Below, in pieces: positions 63,188-64,000 of a DNA stretch of 64,000 nt. Source of the DNA: Klebsormidium nitens (Eukaryota; Plantae; Klebsormidiophyceae); NCBI GenBank assembly GCA_000708835.1, contig DF237150.1:84685-148684 (forward strand). Direction: 5' to 3'. Below the pieces are notes generated by a model, which worked only from the letters and a program-made list of their open reading frames with translations, ran no database searches and was not told where the DNA came from. The translations under genes were made by a program, and so were the position numbers. Every line of letters begins with the position of its first letter. Position 1 is the stretch's first letter.

Positions 63188-64000
63188 GGCTCATGGTATT
63201 CTGCAGTTTTGAATTGTTCTCAACAGTCTATTTTCAATAAGCGTGTGCAAGCGAATCGTACTATAGCACGGTCTGTACTAATAAGAACTTGATGGTGCCT
63301 CGAAGGTGGCGGCAGCTATCTGAGTGTCGTTTGGCATTTGGACAAATGTTTGCCCGTGGTCACTTAACCGGCGCGCTGCACAATCAACCTGATTTCAAGC
63401 AAGAGCTTGCGAGTTCGACTCGATGGGCACGCACACCTCAAAGAGTTGGAGTTGGAGGAGCGGCCGTATGACCGCCGCTTAAGGTATGTCAAGCTTATTA
63501 TGATTCGCACTGACGACTTTGTGCATGATTGTTTGAAACATTACTGTGTCCGATAATCGATCGAACAAAATGTCCATGTCCTCGTGTGCATGCCCGCAGC
63601 TACATTGGATTGTTGCAGATTGCGTCGGATTCGAGTCGTCGATGGCAGGCTACATGTGCAATGATTCGTATGCAACGCCAACTTTATGATAATGACGATG
63701 TTTGACGTCGCGTGCAATCAGTGCATAATTTGCTACTTTCATTGAATGATCAAGTGGTGCAGTTGATCAATCTATTTGCAAACAGGCTGCAGATCATGTA
63801 CGTAACAGAGTGCAATATGTATATGCATCGATCATCCTCTGAAGTGGCTGCGCTAGCGCGCGGGCCCATGTCATTTACGCGTCTGGTCATGTCAATGCTG
63901 TCGTGCCGCTAGGCGTCGCTGCCATGCAGCCTCGTACGACCGTAGCAATGCAAGCAAAACGGATTCTCTAAAGAACGCAACGACTGTATGTCACTAAGAG

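Overview
This is eukaryotic, intron-rich (GT-AG) genomic DNA of moderate-to-high GC content with one assembly gap (N at 42324-42726). Gene content and architecture point to a streptophyte green alga, most plausibly Klebsormidium (inference, not verified). Genes I could splice by eye: the 3' end of a MYND zinc-finger gene; a tandem paralog with an N-terminal membrane domain and a C-terminal MYND finger; HCF244/Ycf39 (-) head-to-head with FtsH2/VAR2 (+); tRNA-Glu(CTC); an isoprenylcysteine methylesterase (ICME) with a tRNA-like Pol III element in its last intron; a small SnoaL/NTF2-like gene; a ~15 kb gene for a giant membrane protein (mucin-like stalk, bacterial Ig-like domains, multi-TM region); a doubly frameshifted intronless F-box/LRR gene; a cytosolic UDP-glucuronate decarboxylase (UXS, -) head-to-head with a chloroplast armadillo-like protein gene (+); and decayed Gypsy integrase remnants between genes. 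The most striking pattern not explained by the gene list is that introns in at least six genes contain decayed tandem copies, mostly ~120-165 bp apart, of the adjacent splice junction (intron end plus exon start, or exon end plus intron start). One 1.2 kb intron is almost entirely about 9 such copies, with divergence broadly increasing away from the live exon. All alignments and splice models were done by eye, so coordinates may be off by a few bases.
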